Source: Zygnema circumcarinatum SAG 698-1b (taxonomy: Eukaryota; Plantae; Zygnematophyceae). Taken from it: a DNA stretch of 64,000 nt. A program made the translations under genes and the position numbers. The notes under the pieces were generated by a model. The model had not been told where the DNA came from, searched no databases, and worked only from the letters and a program-made list of their open reading frames with translations. Shown here one piece after another: positions 1 to 12,588 of the stretch. Each line of letters starts with the position of its first letter. Positions within the stretch are counted from its first letter, which is position 1. The stretch is from NCBI GenBank assembly GCA_037447605.1, contig CM074808.1:2108001-2172000 (forward strand), in the 5' to 3' direction.

Positions 1-593
1 GGATACACCTTTCATAAACTTCATGGCTAGACAATGGTTTTGAGATTTGCTGGCCAAAACCACACAAACGCAATCATAGTTAGTACTTTCTTCGAGTCAA
101 CTTCAGCCTCTTCACATCTTTCGCGAGTGCATGCTCTGAAATAAACCACATACCAAGCCATCCTATAAGCCAAGCAAGATGCGGGAGATAGGTCCCGAGA
201 ACGCGAGGACAACACTTTTTTATGTTGCACCGACTTTTGGTACAGGAATGCGCATTGACTTTAGTGAGGTACCATGGGCACCTTGACTTTAGTAGGGTCC
301 CATGTTCCATTGATCCTAACTATTAATTTCAACGAACTCGCGTCACATGACTCTAGTTCCGTTCCACGTTTAACAAGCCCTCATAGCCACAAGGGAAATA
401 GTCTCTTGCGACGCGGGGCCGAACTGTGCGTCATGGAGCATGTAGGAGCAGGAGACATGGAGCAGGGAGCAAGAAAAGGAAGCGGAGAGGCCCTGGTGCC
501 TGCTGGGAGGGAGAGGACGAGGGGCGGAAGGAGGCGGGAGGGAGCTAGGTATCAGCAAAGCGTGAGGCGCTGCAGGCGCTACTCCTTGGCAAC

Positions 594-3500
594 ATGAGCA
601 GTATCGGAACCGGAGTATGTGCTCGCAACACAAATTCAATACCGAAGTTTCGCTCTTTTGCTGGCACCCATTCATTCACAACCTGCTTCCTTTAGAAATC
701 TTGAATCCCTTTGCTTTTTTTGTGTGTGAATTGAACTCAATTGGAAATAAGTTATGCGTTTTCACATTTCGATGCCGGACCTGTGGCACCGCAGTATGAC
801 CTCTCCGTGACAACCTATTCACCTGATGGCCGTGTTTTCCAAACTGAATATGCGGCCAAGGCAGTCGATAATAGCGGGTGAGGCAAGAAGTTCCAGCATC
901 CTCTGTTCACATGGTCACGTGTGGAAGGGGGTATAGTTAGATACTTCTTCTACTTATAAACTTCTGATTGATCCCTCCGTTTTTGCAATCATGGCTAGAT
1001 TGCATTGTTTGTTTCCTGCTCAGCTTCATCTTGGCGTTGAAATTTGCAGGACGGCGGTGGGTATTCGTTGCAAGGATGGAGTTGTCATGGTGAGCATTTT
1101 TTCCAAGCGTTCTCCTGCTTGCCTGCTACCACTTGAAATAAAAGCTTTCGTCATGTGTCGAGGTTTTTTTTCGTACTTAGGGAATTGTTCCTTGTTCTGC
1201 TTAATGAGCTGCAAAGCCCTCAGGAAGAGTGTGTGGTTGCTGAAGAAGTGGTTGCAAACATGCACAAGTAGAATATGGCATGTGTTCAATTTTGCTTAAC
1301 CTTCGGCTACCGATCCTGATCCTGAACTCTGCTTGTATGGCGCGTATAGGGTGTAGAGAAACTTATCATCTCTAAAATGCTGGTGGAGGGTTCCAATCGG
1401 AGAATTCATGCAGTAGAGCGACACGCTGGCATTGTGAGTTGCTGTCAATCGAGCTTTTACCCAGTCTCAGCAGCGACCTGTCCTCATTCTGGATGTACTT
1501 TGTTACACTATTGTTATAGGCCTTGATATTGTCTGGCAGCTGTGAAGGTGATTTACATACCGAAGGTTTATTTCATTCAATGATCTTGATGTGGACGACT
1601 ACCTCATGAAATAGTGAACTTACAAAAGCTGCAGGAAGGTGTTCTCTATTATATGATGATATTTAAGGCAGTGTGAAATCAGTCATTATTTAGAGAATCT
1701 GGTGTTGCTTGGTTGGGAGAGTATAGGCTATGGCTGGCCTTGTAGCAGACGGGCGACAGGTTGTGAATCGAGGGCGACAAGAAGCCAACGCCTACAAGAG
1801 GTAGTCTCCGTTTCATGAAGCCCAGTCTATAGGAAGCCGGAATTCATGCTTAGACTTTTACTTCTCTGGCCTCACTGGTTAGGTCAGTTTAGTCATTGTA
1901 TATCGAAAGAGGTGACCAAACGCAGAAGTCTTTAATGTGTGTCTTTGTCCGTTTGTCCTGCGACTTGTCGGCCTTCTCTGTCGCTGGATAGCATTCTTTC
2001 TTTGTCCGAAGTGACGACGGTTTACTCGCTCTTCACTAGAAGAAAATATTTTGCTTTTTCGTATTGATTCTAAGGAAGTCATTGCAGGCAGGGCTTTGTG
2101 CTTTCGGAAAGAGATGCAGTTTACAGGCAGGAGTAAGATGTAACATTGATTCTTGCACCTTTTGGAAGGCTTCAACTTAGCGCACTCAATTGTCCGGCTA
2201 GTTTTAATGCAGCGTGACACTCTGCACGCGATGTAGATTTCAAAGCATATTCGCAGCACAATTGAAATGCGGTAGCATGCATCAGTCATTTGTTCACTTT
2301 TTTATGAGACTTGCGAGTCATTTGTAACAGTCAAAGGATTTGAGGTAATGTCAATATAATGCCAAGGAAATTAGTTGGAAGGAATGTTCAAGATATTTGT
2401 CAATGAAGTCCACAATGTTCCAATCCCAACGGTCAGTGGGGCTTAATTCGAATTAGCAATATTTCTTCCTGCAGAGAGTTTGGGGACCCTATTCCTCTGA
2501 AAGTCCTGTGTGATCGAATTGCGAGCTATGTACATCTCTTCACATTATATTGGTGGACAAGGTGCGTGTTTTTCTGGCTCCATGTTTTTGTTTGATGGTT
2601 TACCATTAGTGCTTCTTTTCGGTCTCACTATGTTCCACGTAACTAGTATTTCACTACTGCATACCCACTCATGAGCTCGTAGTGACTGTTTGGGACCTTG
2701 AAAAAAGAGCACTGTTGCCTATTGTGGATGTGATCTTCACAACTTTTTCACATATTGCTGTTCCACGTCTCCGAATTGTCAAGGTCAGTTATGTCAGTTG
2801 AATGCCTAAAGTGACTATCACGTGCCTGACACTTCTACACGGGGATTCATTGCAGGCCCTGTGGTGCGTCTGTTATTTTGGGAGGCTATGACAAGGACGG
2901 TCCGCAGCTGTACATGGTCGAGCCCTCAGGTGTCGCTTATGTGAGTGGCAAACCTTTTCCTGGAAATACTAAACGAGTAGTGGGTTCTGCTTCCTGGGAT
3001 GGCTTGGACGGACCATGTTCATCATGGCTATTTGCGCGCCGTTTCTTTACGTTCATGCGTGGGGCGTGCTTGCTTGCTTCATGGGTTTTTTTTTTTTTTG
3101 TCACACACATGTTATCTCTTACTGCCAGAGTCTAGCCATTCGAGAAAGCTAGGCATCAGGAGGTTTGGTTTGGGGTTGGTTTGACGATGAATTCAAATAA
3201 GAGACATGCTGCACAAAATGTTAAACTCTGCTTCTATGGTTGGTTTTTACCTGTTTTTCTTTTTTCAGCGGTATTTTGGTACAGCTATAGGAAAGGGGCG
3301 GCAAGCTGCTAAGACGTGAGTAACCCGTCCTGTCCAGTCTCTTCGAATGCCATCGGTATAAATTTGTCCGCGATGCCCTTCACCATACCATCAGAGACAA
3401 CGTAGATTTGTTATGAGAAAATTGCTGGCTGCGTAGAACTTCTTAAATCCTGGATGGAACACTTCCATATATCTGTTTTGAAGGCTCATATGACTTTGGT

Positions 3501-4485
3501 GACACACTGTGCTTCATTTGACTGAATGTTACTTTGCCTTTTATGGGGTTGCAGGGAAATCGAAAAGCTGAATTTGAAGGAGATGACATGTCGAGAGGGC
3601 GTCAAGGAGGTTGCCAAAATGTGAGCTCCTACTTTCTACGAACCTTGTGAGCTGTTTTTGTATGGTGATTCCAACTGTGTGATATATTTCTTAATCAGAG
3701 CAAGGATTTGACTTAACACTCGTTCATCCTCGGAGAAGCTTATCCCTACACTATTCCGCCCTACTTTGGTGTCCTATTGATGCTAGTGAAACCTGCTACT
3801 GGTTCTATTACTACTTTCAGACAGCAGGGTCCTTCACCTGCATGGAGTTCACCTTCTGTACGATTATTCTGCTTCAGATGTACCTTGTTGATTTTGAGTA
3901 ATCGATATAAACGGTGTGTTCTGATTAAATAACCGACATTATGGCTCCGTGGTTAATCTTTTCATGGAGGTCTTTCTGATTAGGACTGACCTTTTTTTGT
4001 TGAAGTGTTGACATGAATATTTACGTGTCTCTATGCCACCAGCATCTATTCAGTGCACGATGAGGCGAAGGACAAGGCCTTCGAGTTGGAAATGAGTTGG
4101 ATTTGTGACGAGTCAAATCAGCAGTTTGAGCGGGTGAGTGTCTCGTCCTTACTTTGTGCATTCCAATGCGTCTCTTCATTCCGCCGACAAGACATGATGC
4201 CTGAGGTGGAACCAATCCAGCTCTGGTTCTGTTCAAGCTGTGCAGGTTACCTTTCAGCTTGTCAAGTTTATTGGCTGAACTGCTAGAAAGCTTCTCAATT
4301 TTGACTAAAAGTTCACTTCGCAAACATGAATCCCTTCAGTCAAAGCTCAGAGTAACACTTTCCATGTGCCCTTGTCTTCCCATTCCATTTCTGGTGTCTG
4401 CCATTGTCAGGTTCCTGCGCAGTTGGTGGCTGAAGCAAAGGAAGCGGCGGAAGTGGCGCAAAATGAAGATATGGATGCGGACTGA
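594..4485 (+). CDS. PAG1: 20S proteasome alpha subunit type 3 (alpha-7), 11 exons
   Basis: Exons 594-614, 795-877, 1050-1089, 1350-1433, 1727-1800, 2475-2561, 2856-2940, 3269-3315, 3555-3620, 4043-4133, 4411-4485 join at GT-AG junctions. They give [48 protein letters not shown]...[20 protein letters not shown]...DMDAD*, the alpha-7 signature. Confidence 0.96.
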
Positions 4486-5276
4486 GACTTCATTTGAGAG
4501 TCAGCCCCATCGGACGCTTGAGGCATGCGTACTTCTTGTATAAAATGGATTGAAATTCACAAATTTTATCGCCTGTGATTTCCCAAACATTTTTTGATAC
4601 TTGTTTATGCTTCAAACGGCTGCATTCGGTCTGCAGAGGCTGAAACAAAAATTCAGAAGCCCTCCTGATCTAGAGATAGCGCGACATGAGACAGAAGCCG
4701 TTCAGCTCGGTCCTTCGGTGCGACCCGAAGGCTTACGTTACTTAACGAACTCTTTGAAAGATTACGCGATCGTGACCTTTGTTGCATGCCTGCCTGCCCG
4801 CCTGCCTGCCTGTCTGCCTGCACCAGACGAGATGTTGGGTTGTATGGGCGCCCAACAATGCAGCGATGCCGCTCGCTCCCTTGGGCCTGCGCTCTGAATG
4901 AGGGCGAAGGCGGAAAGGGACGATACGATACGATATGATCGTTGCGATCGATATGGACGATGTTGTTGACCTAGCCGACACGGTCGATGACTTCAATATG
5001 ATCGTTACGATCGATATATCGATATTTCAATGTGGTCGATGTGTCCGATACGATCAGCATGACCGCTAGGAGACGGTTTACGACGGGGGCCTGCCGACAG
5101 GGTCTCGACACGTGGCAGTCTTCCAAAGTGCCATGTGTCCAGCTTCTAGCGGCTGGTTCTACCGTAGTCGTACGGCTCGTACGGCGGGCCTCGTACGATT
5201 TTTTACCGTCCGTACAGATGAGCTCTACTGTATTGCGGGAGGGAGAGAGGGAGGAAGTTAGGGCGCGGCGGCAGCC

Positions 5277-6164
5277 ATGGCGCCGAGGCAGGTGGTGGTG
5301 AACCTAGTGGGGGCGAAGGACCTCAAGAAGACGACGCTGTTCGGGAAGCAGGCAGCCTGTGCAACTGTGGAAGTGTCGGGGACAGGCCAGAAGCAGCTCG
5401 CACGGTATATAAAGGATGCGGGAGTGGAACCCGTGTGGAACCAGGAATTCATCTTCTGGGTGGAGGAGGCCTTACTGCTAGGACGCGCTCCCTCGGTCAT
5501 TGTCAGGATATACGATGGGTCGAACACGAGTGGAAAGCCGATTGGTACGGCTGTCGTCTCCCTCATCACCGCCGTTCAAAAGCTCGGCGAACCGCAGTTT
5601 GGAGCGCACAATTTGCAGCGGCCCAGTGGACGTGTGCAAGGGTTTGTCAACCTGTCAGTCCGGATAGAGGGGGGGAAGTTTTCAGATGAACAGCTGGCAG
5701 CTTTCATGCAGGCGAATGCGCCTCCGCCTCGGCCTCAGGCTCCAGTGCACGGATACCCTCCTCCTGGCCAACCTTATTCCCAAAACCAGGCCTATCCTAA
5801 CTATCCCGTAGGACAGCCATATCAGCCATATCCCGTAGGACAGCCTTATGCCCCATATCCAACGGCAGGGCCTCCTGGTTATCAGCCCCCGTACCCGCAA
5901 CCTTACGGATATCAGCAAGCACCTTCAGTTGTTTATTACCAGCGGCAAGGCTATGGAGGTGGATATGGCGGAGGGGGCATGGGTGGCATGGGTGGTGGCA
6001 TGGGTGGTGGCATGGGTGGTGGCATGGGTGGCATGGGTGGCATGGGAGCAGGGTTAATGCTTGGAGCAGTCGGTGGACTGGCGTTGGGTGCGGCTCTCGA
6101 TGATGATGATCATGGAGGAGGTTGTGGAGGAGGAGGTTGTGGAGGAGGAGGTTGTGGAGGCTGA
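5277..6164 (+). CDS. Intronless C2-domain protein (SRC2-like) with a Pro/Tyr/Gln-rich middle and a Gly-rich tail
   Basis: 295-aa ATG-started ORF. N-terminal C2 fold pattern (VNLVGAKDLK...PVWNQEFIF...VRIYD...KPIGTAVVSL...LQRPSGRVQGFVNLSV), then GYPPPGQPY-type repeats and a GGMGG/GGCGG tail. Confidence 0.88.
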   Translation: MAPRQVVVNLVGAKDLKKTTLFGKQAACATVEVSGTGQKQLARYIKDAGVEPVWNQEFIFWVEEALLLGRAPSVIVRIYDGSNTSGKPIGTAVVSLITAVQKLGEPQFGAHNLQRPSGRVQGFVNLSVRIEGGKFSDEQLAAFMQANAPPPRPQAPVHGYPPPGQPYSQNQAYPNYPVGQPYQPYPVGQPYAPYPTAGPPGYQPPYPQPYGYQQAPSVVYYQRQGYGGGYGGGGMGGMGGGMGGGMGGGMGGMGGMGAGLMLGAVGGLALGAALDDDDHGGGCGGGGCGGGGCGG

Positions 6165-7410
6165 CCCGGAGGAGGCCTGATAAGTGAGAGTGGAAAGATG
6201 ACCATGCCTGCTATGCAAGTCACGAGCTGTTTTATATAGGCTATTGTGGTTGTATCAATAAATAATCCGCATACTGCATTAGCTTTGGCTGAGGGCTGAC
6301 GGCTGAGGACTTCAAGAGGCAAGCCAAAAAGGAGATAAATAATGAAATAGCTTGTTCCACATCATTTTTGTCTTCATAATGCCTCTATAAACGGGTCCTA
6401 GAAGCCTTTAAGGAGCTAAACTACAACTCCGAAAATAAGTGTACACTTGAGATTGTATCTTAGCCGCAGGAGCAATTGTTGCTGCTGGCTCCCGTTGTAG
6501 TACGTTTTCTCAACTTGCAGACGTGATCATCTTCGCAGGCTCGTAACTTCCTCGAATTGCTGCCAAAAGTCGGTCTTTTGTCTCATTACTGCAGCAAGAA
6601 GGCAAGGACTTCTAGCTTGTTTGCTGATCAGGAATGATTGGCGTCAATTATCATAAGTGACTCCTCTTGTGCACCTTTTCGAGGCCTTGACTTTGGGCTG
6701 GGCTGGTTTGAGCTGGGCTTGACTGGGGCTTGTCTTGGCTTGGCTTGGCTACTTCTAAGGATGACATTATGTCGTCTATTCCTGTTCCTTCCTTTCACTT
6801 CATTGGCTCTGCATTGCTTTTACCGCTATCGGTTGCACCGCATAGTTGGTTTTTAGTTAATTACATGTCAAACCCAGCCACTTGAATGGTTCAGACCATT
6901 GCTTGCCATGGTATGGTGCAATCCATTTGGTTGGTGGACCTAGCGACTATTGCCAATGGCTTAAATCATTGGAATCAATTGTCCAAAAGGTCCGAACCTA
7001 GTTTCCAATGCTTCCTACACATTTGAAGCAAATCATTAGCAACTACCATGCACTGCTCGTTGATTTGGAAAAAGCAAACCATTCCATTCAAGCGGTTAAG
7101 TCGAATTTGCCGGAACCCACCCGGAATCCGGGTTGTAGATTTCCGTAAATATATCACAAGCGAGAGGTTAGCGAGGATATAGAGAGGAGAGGCGAGAGGG
7201 GAGAGAGAGTGTTTTAAAATTAATTAATCGTGATATATTTCCTACCTCATATGTATCCATTTTCATCCTATGTTTTAAAGTATCAACCATATTCACTAAC
7301 TGTCAGGTCGATACTGCATAAGAAACTATTCTAATTCAAACTTAATTCGTCATTACTTCAAGGTTCACGCGTGGAAACCATAGTCGTATCTGCTTTGCCA
7401 AATTCGACCC

Positions 7411-7444
7411 AATCTATTGCATTTCAATTGAAATGCAATAGATT
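7411..7444. repeat. Perfect 34-bp AT-rich palindrome
   Basis: aatctattgcatttcaattgaaatgcaatagatt is its own reverse complement. Confidence 0.95.
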
Positions 7445-8696
7445 TTTTTTTTTTTTTTTCAATTGTATCTCGATTGCAATATGCAACGTATTACTGCTGT
7501 CCAGTCGGCACATGCACCCACATGCATATGGAATCTGTGGGATTGACCGAGCATAAGAAGGTTACAACGGGTGCTTCAAAATCTTCGTCAACTTCCACAT
7601 CCCCGGGGGCTGCTTGAAGTACGTCGACAGGAATGTTCTACCTTTGCGAAAGAGGGCTATCAAACAACTGTAAGTGCAGAAACTCCAACATGTAAGCATA
7701 AGGTTGACTTCTGCCCACCTTGTTTGAATGCCTCGTCTTTGTTTTCTCTTATATTTCTGCAACTTGCGGACTCTTAAAAAAAAAAACCGTACTCCATTCG
7801 TCCGAGTCGTCAAAGAGTTTTGGCTTCCATAAAATAACAGCGCAAACGTTACTTACGAATTTGTAATATGGCATTACACATTCACTCCAGCACAACCATT
7901 GGCAATGATACAAACCATTGGTCGAGGACTTAAAAACCAGTGCCGACGGTTCAATGTTCTAGCCAACGATTCAACCAAAGACAACCATTCCCAATGATTC
8001 CAACCACAGGTTGGTAGACGTAGCCAACAATTGTCGATGGCAACTATTGCCATAACCGGCGACCATTTCCAAGCCAGGCAACGTCTTGCTTGCGCAACCA
8101 ATGCTGAATTCCACACAGTCTCGCCATTCGAGTTTAAGCCTCTCAAGACCTGACAGCAGCTGCCGAGGTCGGCTTCACCAAAGTGAACCGTTGTTTCAGC
8201 GGCCTCAAGCTCGCACTCATCTGACCGCAGTCCCCTTTTGCTCTTTCCAAGCCACTCCTTTGGCCTCGTTGGCTCGTCTGAAACACGAGGCCTCTGCTGC
8301 CTGCCTCCTAACAGTTCCTTGTGGGACGGGGGCCGCTTTGCAGGAAGCAGCGGAAACCAAAGGATTCACTCCTGACGGGACTCTTGCCAGTAGTGCCGTG
8401 ACACCTCGTGCTTGTGTGCGGACTTTCACAGAGTTCCATGCTCAAAGCTTCCGCAACACGCAACCTGAAGCTGATTCAATGACGAACAAACTTCCAAGGC
8501 TTACTCGAGAGTCCGTGGTGACTTGAACCGCACTCACTAGCTAAGAAAAGCTGCGTCACGCATGGCGAACAAGAACACGTATTCACAGCCTCGAACAACC
8601 ATAAAGCAATGGAGAACTTTCTGATTGTCGCACAAATGTTGCAAAAAAAATATTTATTTCCAACGCCCCCGCTCGGGCCCAAGGCACTTCGCTCTG

Positions 8697-11600
8697 CTAG
8701 TCCTTGGCAAAGTCATTGCTGTAGTGTGAGCTGGACTCCAGTTTTTTGGCGTCATTGAGTTTGCGAACAGCCTGCACACGTCATCACCGATTCCACAGAC
8801 GTGTCAGCACATCCCCACTGTACAAGAGCTGCAGGTTCAGACATCGGAGAGTCAGCCACAGACATTACATCCTGAGCAAGGAAGAACGATCTTAGAGCCT
8901 GATGGTTCAGAATAAGACCAACACAAACACAAAGATCAGAAAGTCCGTGATCGCTTCTGCATCTTCATTCGTATTCAACACACGACAGTATGCTTGAAAC
9001 GTGCAAGAATGTAGAGGAGAAAAGGAGCAATTTTCCTTGCAAACTTGTGGGTTCACTCTGCAAGCGAACCCACAAATGAAAATGAAAATGAATTTCTTTC
9101 TTTGCAAATGAAAGAGGTAAAGGAGGCATTCTGGGTAACATCAAAATAGGTCATAGTGCACCAGTATCTTCAGCATGGGGCGAACCATGCTCACCTTCAT
9201 GAAGTCCTCCTGAACAACGTAGTCACGCTCATCCCGGATTGCAAACATCCCTGCTTCCGTGCACACATTCCTCAGATCCGCTCCATTGAAGCCCTGCAAG
9301 AAGTTTTTCCCATGGCTCAAGATCACTCCAGGACTAGGAGGCCAAGCAATACAAAGCAACAAAGATTTGCTTCCACAAATCACAAACAAGTATTAAGTCA
9401 AAGGAGAAAGGAAAACGAGAGAGCGGCTGCAACCATGCCAACCAATGGAAAGCATTCTGCATAGTCAGAAACTTGGTTGCACTCTCAGAAGCAAAGATTG
9501 GTCTTTAAAAGGCCAATGAAAATGGTACACACCTCTGCAAGCTTCACAATGGCCTCATAGTCAATGTCCCCGTGCTTGGTGATACCCGAAGCATGGATTT
9601 TCAACACCTCTACACGTCCTTGCTCACTAGGAAGTGGAATTTCAATTTTGCGATCCAACCGACCCGGTCGTAACAATGCTGGGTCCAGCACATCTGGACG
9701 ATTTGTTGCCATGATCATCTTTACCTGCCCAGGCCAACAAACGAGTCCAAGTAAGATGCAGCGACAGCATTAAGACCAGCAAGTCTATAGGACTGAGCTC
9801 CACCATAGATGTCAAGCTAGGAAAAATGAAGCTTTCCAGACGATGACTGTGCTCTGACGGACGTTTTTGACACCAGCCTGAATAGTTTACTTAAAACAGA
9901 TAATCTGAAATCCGGACTTCATGCCCGGATATTAAATGGCATACCCCATTCCACTGGCGCCAGATATTACACATTGCGTGAAAAAAATGGATTTAAATGC
10001 AAATGTTGCACGTATGAAAGGTGCAGCTTACTTACACAAAGCCCCAAATTCCCTGCTGAGATAATTCGATGGCAAGCAGTGCCAATAGGAGTTCATAACC
10101 AATTGGGCTTGACGCAGTCAAAAGTTCAAGCAAGCAGCAGATAGAAAAACGTGTTGTGTGCATTCACCGTTGTCAAGGAAGGATATTGAAATAAACAGAA
10201 ATTGAATACCCTTACCTTGCCAAGTTGGTCAAACCCGTCAAGCTGGTTAAGCAATTCCATAAGTGTACGCTGAATTTCACGATCAGCGCTTGTGCCCTCA
10301 CTGAACCGTCTTCCCCCGATAGCGTCAATCTCATCCATGAAAATGATGCAGGGCTGCAACCAAAATGGTCAATTAGTAAGTCAACTATGCCCTGAAAACA
10401 AACATTGGATTGGTTCACGCTAACGATGCCCTTAACAACTTTCCCGACCGATCAAAATGTTCGCAGCTAAAAAGGAGACTCGTGATCAGTATCCCAGAAA
10501 GACAATCTGAAGAAGATAGCCATGTTTGACCAATTCGAACAAGCAACTGCACCATGAAACCTCCAAAGTGCAGGACCCTCAACATACAAATGTCATGTAA
10601 AACTGCACAATCTTCTCAAACCCACACTGATTATGCCTTTTCACTCTAGTGACAACCTCAAAAAATGCTTACCTGATGATCACGAGCATAACCAAACATT
10701 TCGCGTATCAACCGGGCACTCTCTCCAATATACTTGTCCACAATGGCACTGGAAACAACCTGCAATGGCAATGCATTTTCAGCTTCAGAGGGCCTTACTG
10801 CTTTTCACTGGTTACGATGAAAAGAATGGGAGAAAAACATTGTCACATTAACCCCCGCAACAGTTTTCGTCACAAAAAATTACGTTAAGCGCACGATAGC
10901 AGACGCCAGTCCAGAGGTTCGCCTAGACTACAAGGAAAGAAGCGACGGAGGTATGATGCACTTGCCTTCAAAAAATTTGCATCTATGTTGCTGGCAATAG
11001 CTCTTGCTAGGAGTGTCTTGCCTGTTCCTGGAGGTCCATAGAGCAAGACGCCCTGCAAACAAGAGGAGGCTCCTCCTATGGAATAAGTGAGGCCCAGCAA
11101 CGGCAGGCAAGAGAGGCTGACACCTTGCATCCGCATCGTCGACCAGAAAACCAAAGGCATGGAAATAAGCTAGCAAGTGCAGTTGAAGTGCTTGGTTTTG
11201 AATTGGATTAATGTGAAGTAATATATTCATTTCTCTGGAGAATATTATTCTAACAAGTGCTGGAAACTCTGAAGGCAGTGGTTTTGTACCTTCGGAGGTT
11301 TAATCCCAACTCGCAAGAAAAGCTCTGGATTCATGAGTGGCAACTCGATCGATTCACGTAGCTCTCGAATCTGCTCGCTGAGACCTCCAATTGCAGAGTA
11401 ACTCACATTTCCAGGATCTTCGTGTAACATGTTATAAACAACTGGGTCCACCTGCAAATATGGAGAGCTCAAATTTAGGAAACATATGCGACAGCTTATT
11501 ATCAACAAGGTGTAATTCTCTTGCACTTGAATCCCCTAGGCATAACAATCTAACATCCGACTGCGAAACGGAAGCAAAGTCAGGTAGCATCTCCCAGGGA

Positions 11601-12588
11601 CAAAGCAACAGGTGCCAAAAAAAACTCAAAGCAAGAAAACAATCAAAGATGTGAGTAAACTGCTGCGACCAACATAACATCCAGACAAAAACAAATGGCG
11701 TAAGACAGAACCTCTCTTGGCAGTGCTCGCATAATCGTCAATGTCGTCATGTCCAGCGCTACTCTAGTGCCTGCCACTAGCTTCGACTTGTCGACCTTAT
11801 TTCGGCAGCCCACCACATAACGCGGACCACTGCTTGCCTTCACAATTACTGCGTGCACAGCGCCAGAATTGAGGAAAAGCAACAGCAAAGTATCTTGGCT
11901 TTGTACCGTACCTCTCCTCCAACTACTTCTATTGTTATTGCGTAGGAGAAACAAACGGAGAAGGAATATAGAGTTTACGGTGATTCAGCGAAAAAATTGG
12001 CTGGAAAGACCTTATTGGCGAGTGGAGATCAGACGGAAATGTGAACAGTACCGAATGCTGTTCTGCTTAAGCTATTCTAACCAACAAGTGGTTAAAAAAA
12101 AATGACTGGAGTAGGGATTTTTTGACATGGAGGATGGTAAAATGATTATACCCTAAACAAGCAGCACCAACACAACCAACATAATTTTCGATGAAATTAT
12201 CCTTGCAACTTACATCTCTCCTCATCCAGTTGGCGAAGAACTTCACCAATGATTTGCCCTACACTTTGTAAAGCCTTCAAGTCATCTTCGCTTGCGTCGA
12301 ACTCCTTCTTGGACTCCTTTACACTATCACGCACTGCAAGGACACAGGTTTAATTTCATTATCGACCAAAATTCTGCCTTCAAACATCAATAATAGCAAA
12401 CCAAACCAATCTAGAGACTGCTAGCTCGATTTTCTGCCGCCCAAACAAACAAACCCTTCTTGCTCCTATCCAGAAGCAGCAGAATTCTCACAAGCACGAA
12501 CTCGAGCTTCAAGCTCCTTGTGCTGTAGAAGCTTCTTCCGGTAATCCACCAACGCCTGTTGCCGCCTGGGGTCCTCCGAATCTGCCAT
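8697..12588 (-). CDS. RPT4: 26S proteasome regulatory AAA-ATPase subunit 10B, multi-exon
   Basis: Exons encode [69 protein letters not shown], Walker A GPPGTGKT, Walker [56 protein letters not shown] and [24 protein letters not shown]. Confidence 0.96.

Noticed and set aside
364-380. 14-bp match acgtttaacaagcc with about 32167-32180
   Set aside because: The match does not extend on either side and could be chance in 64 kb.
274-597. 107-aa ORF ending at the PAG1 start
   Set aside because: It overlaps the PAG1 promoter and 5-prime UTR, is low complexity, and has no splice or homology support.
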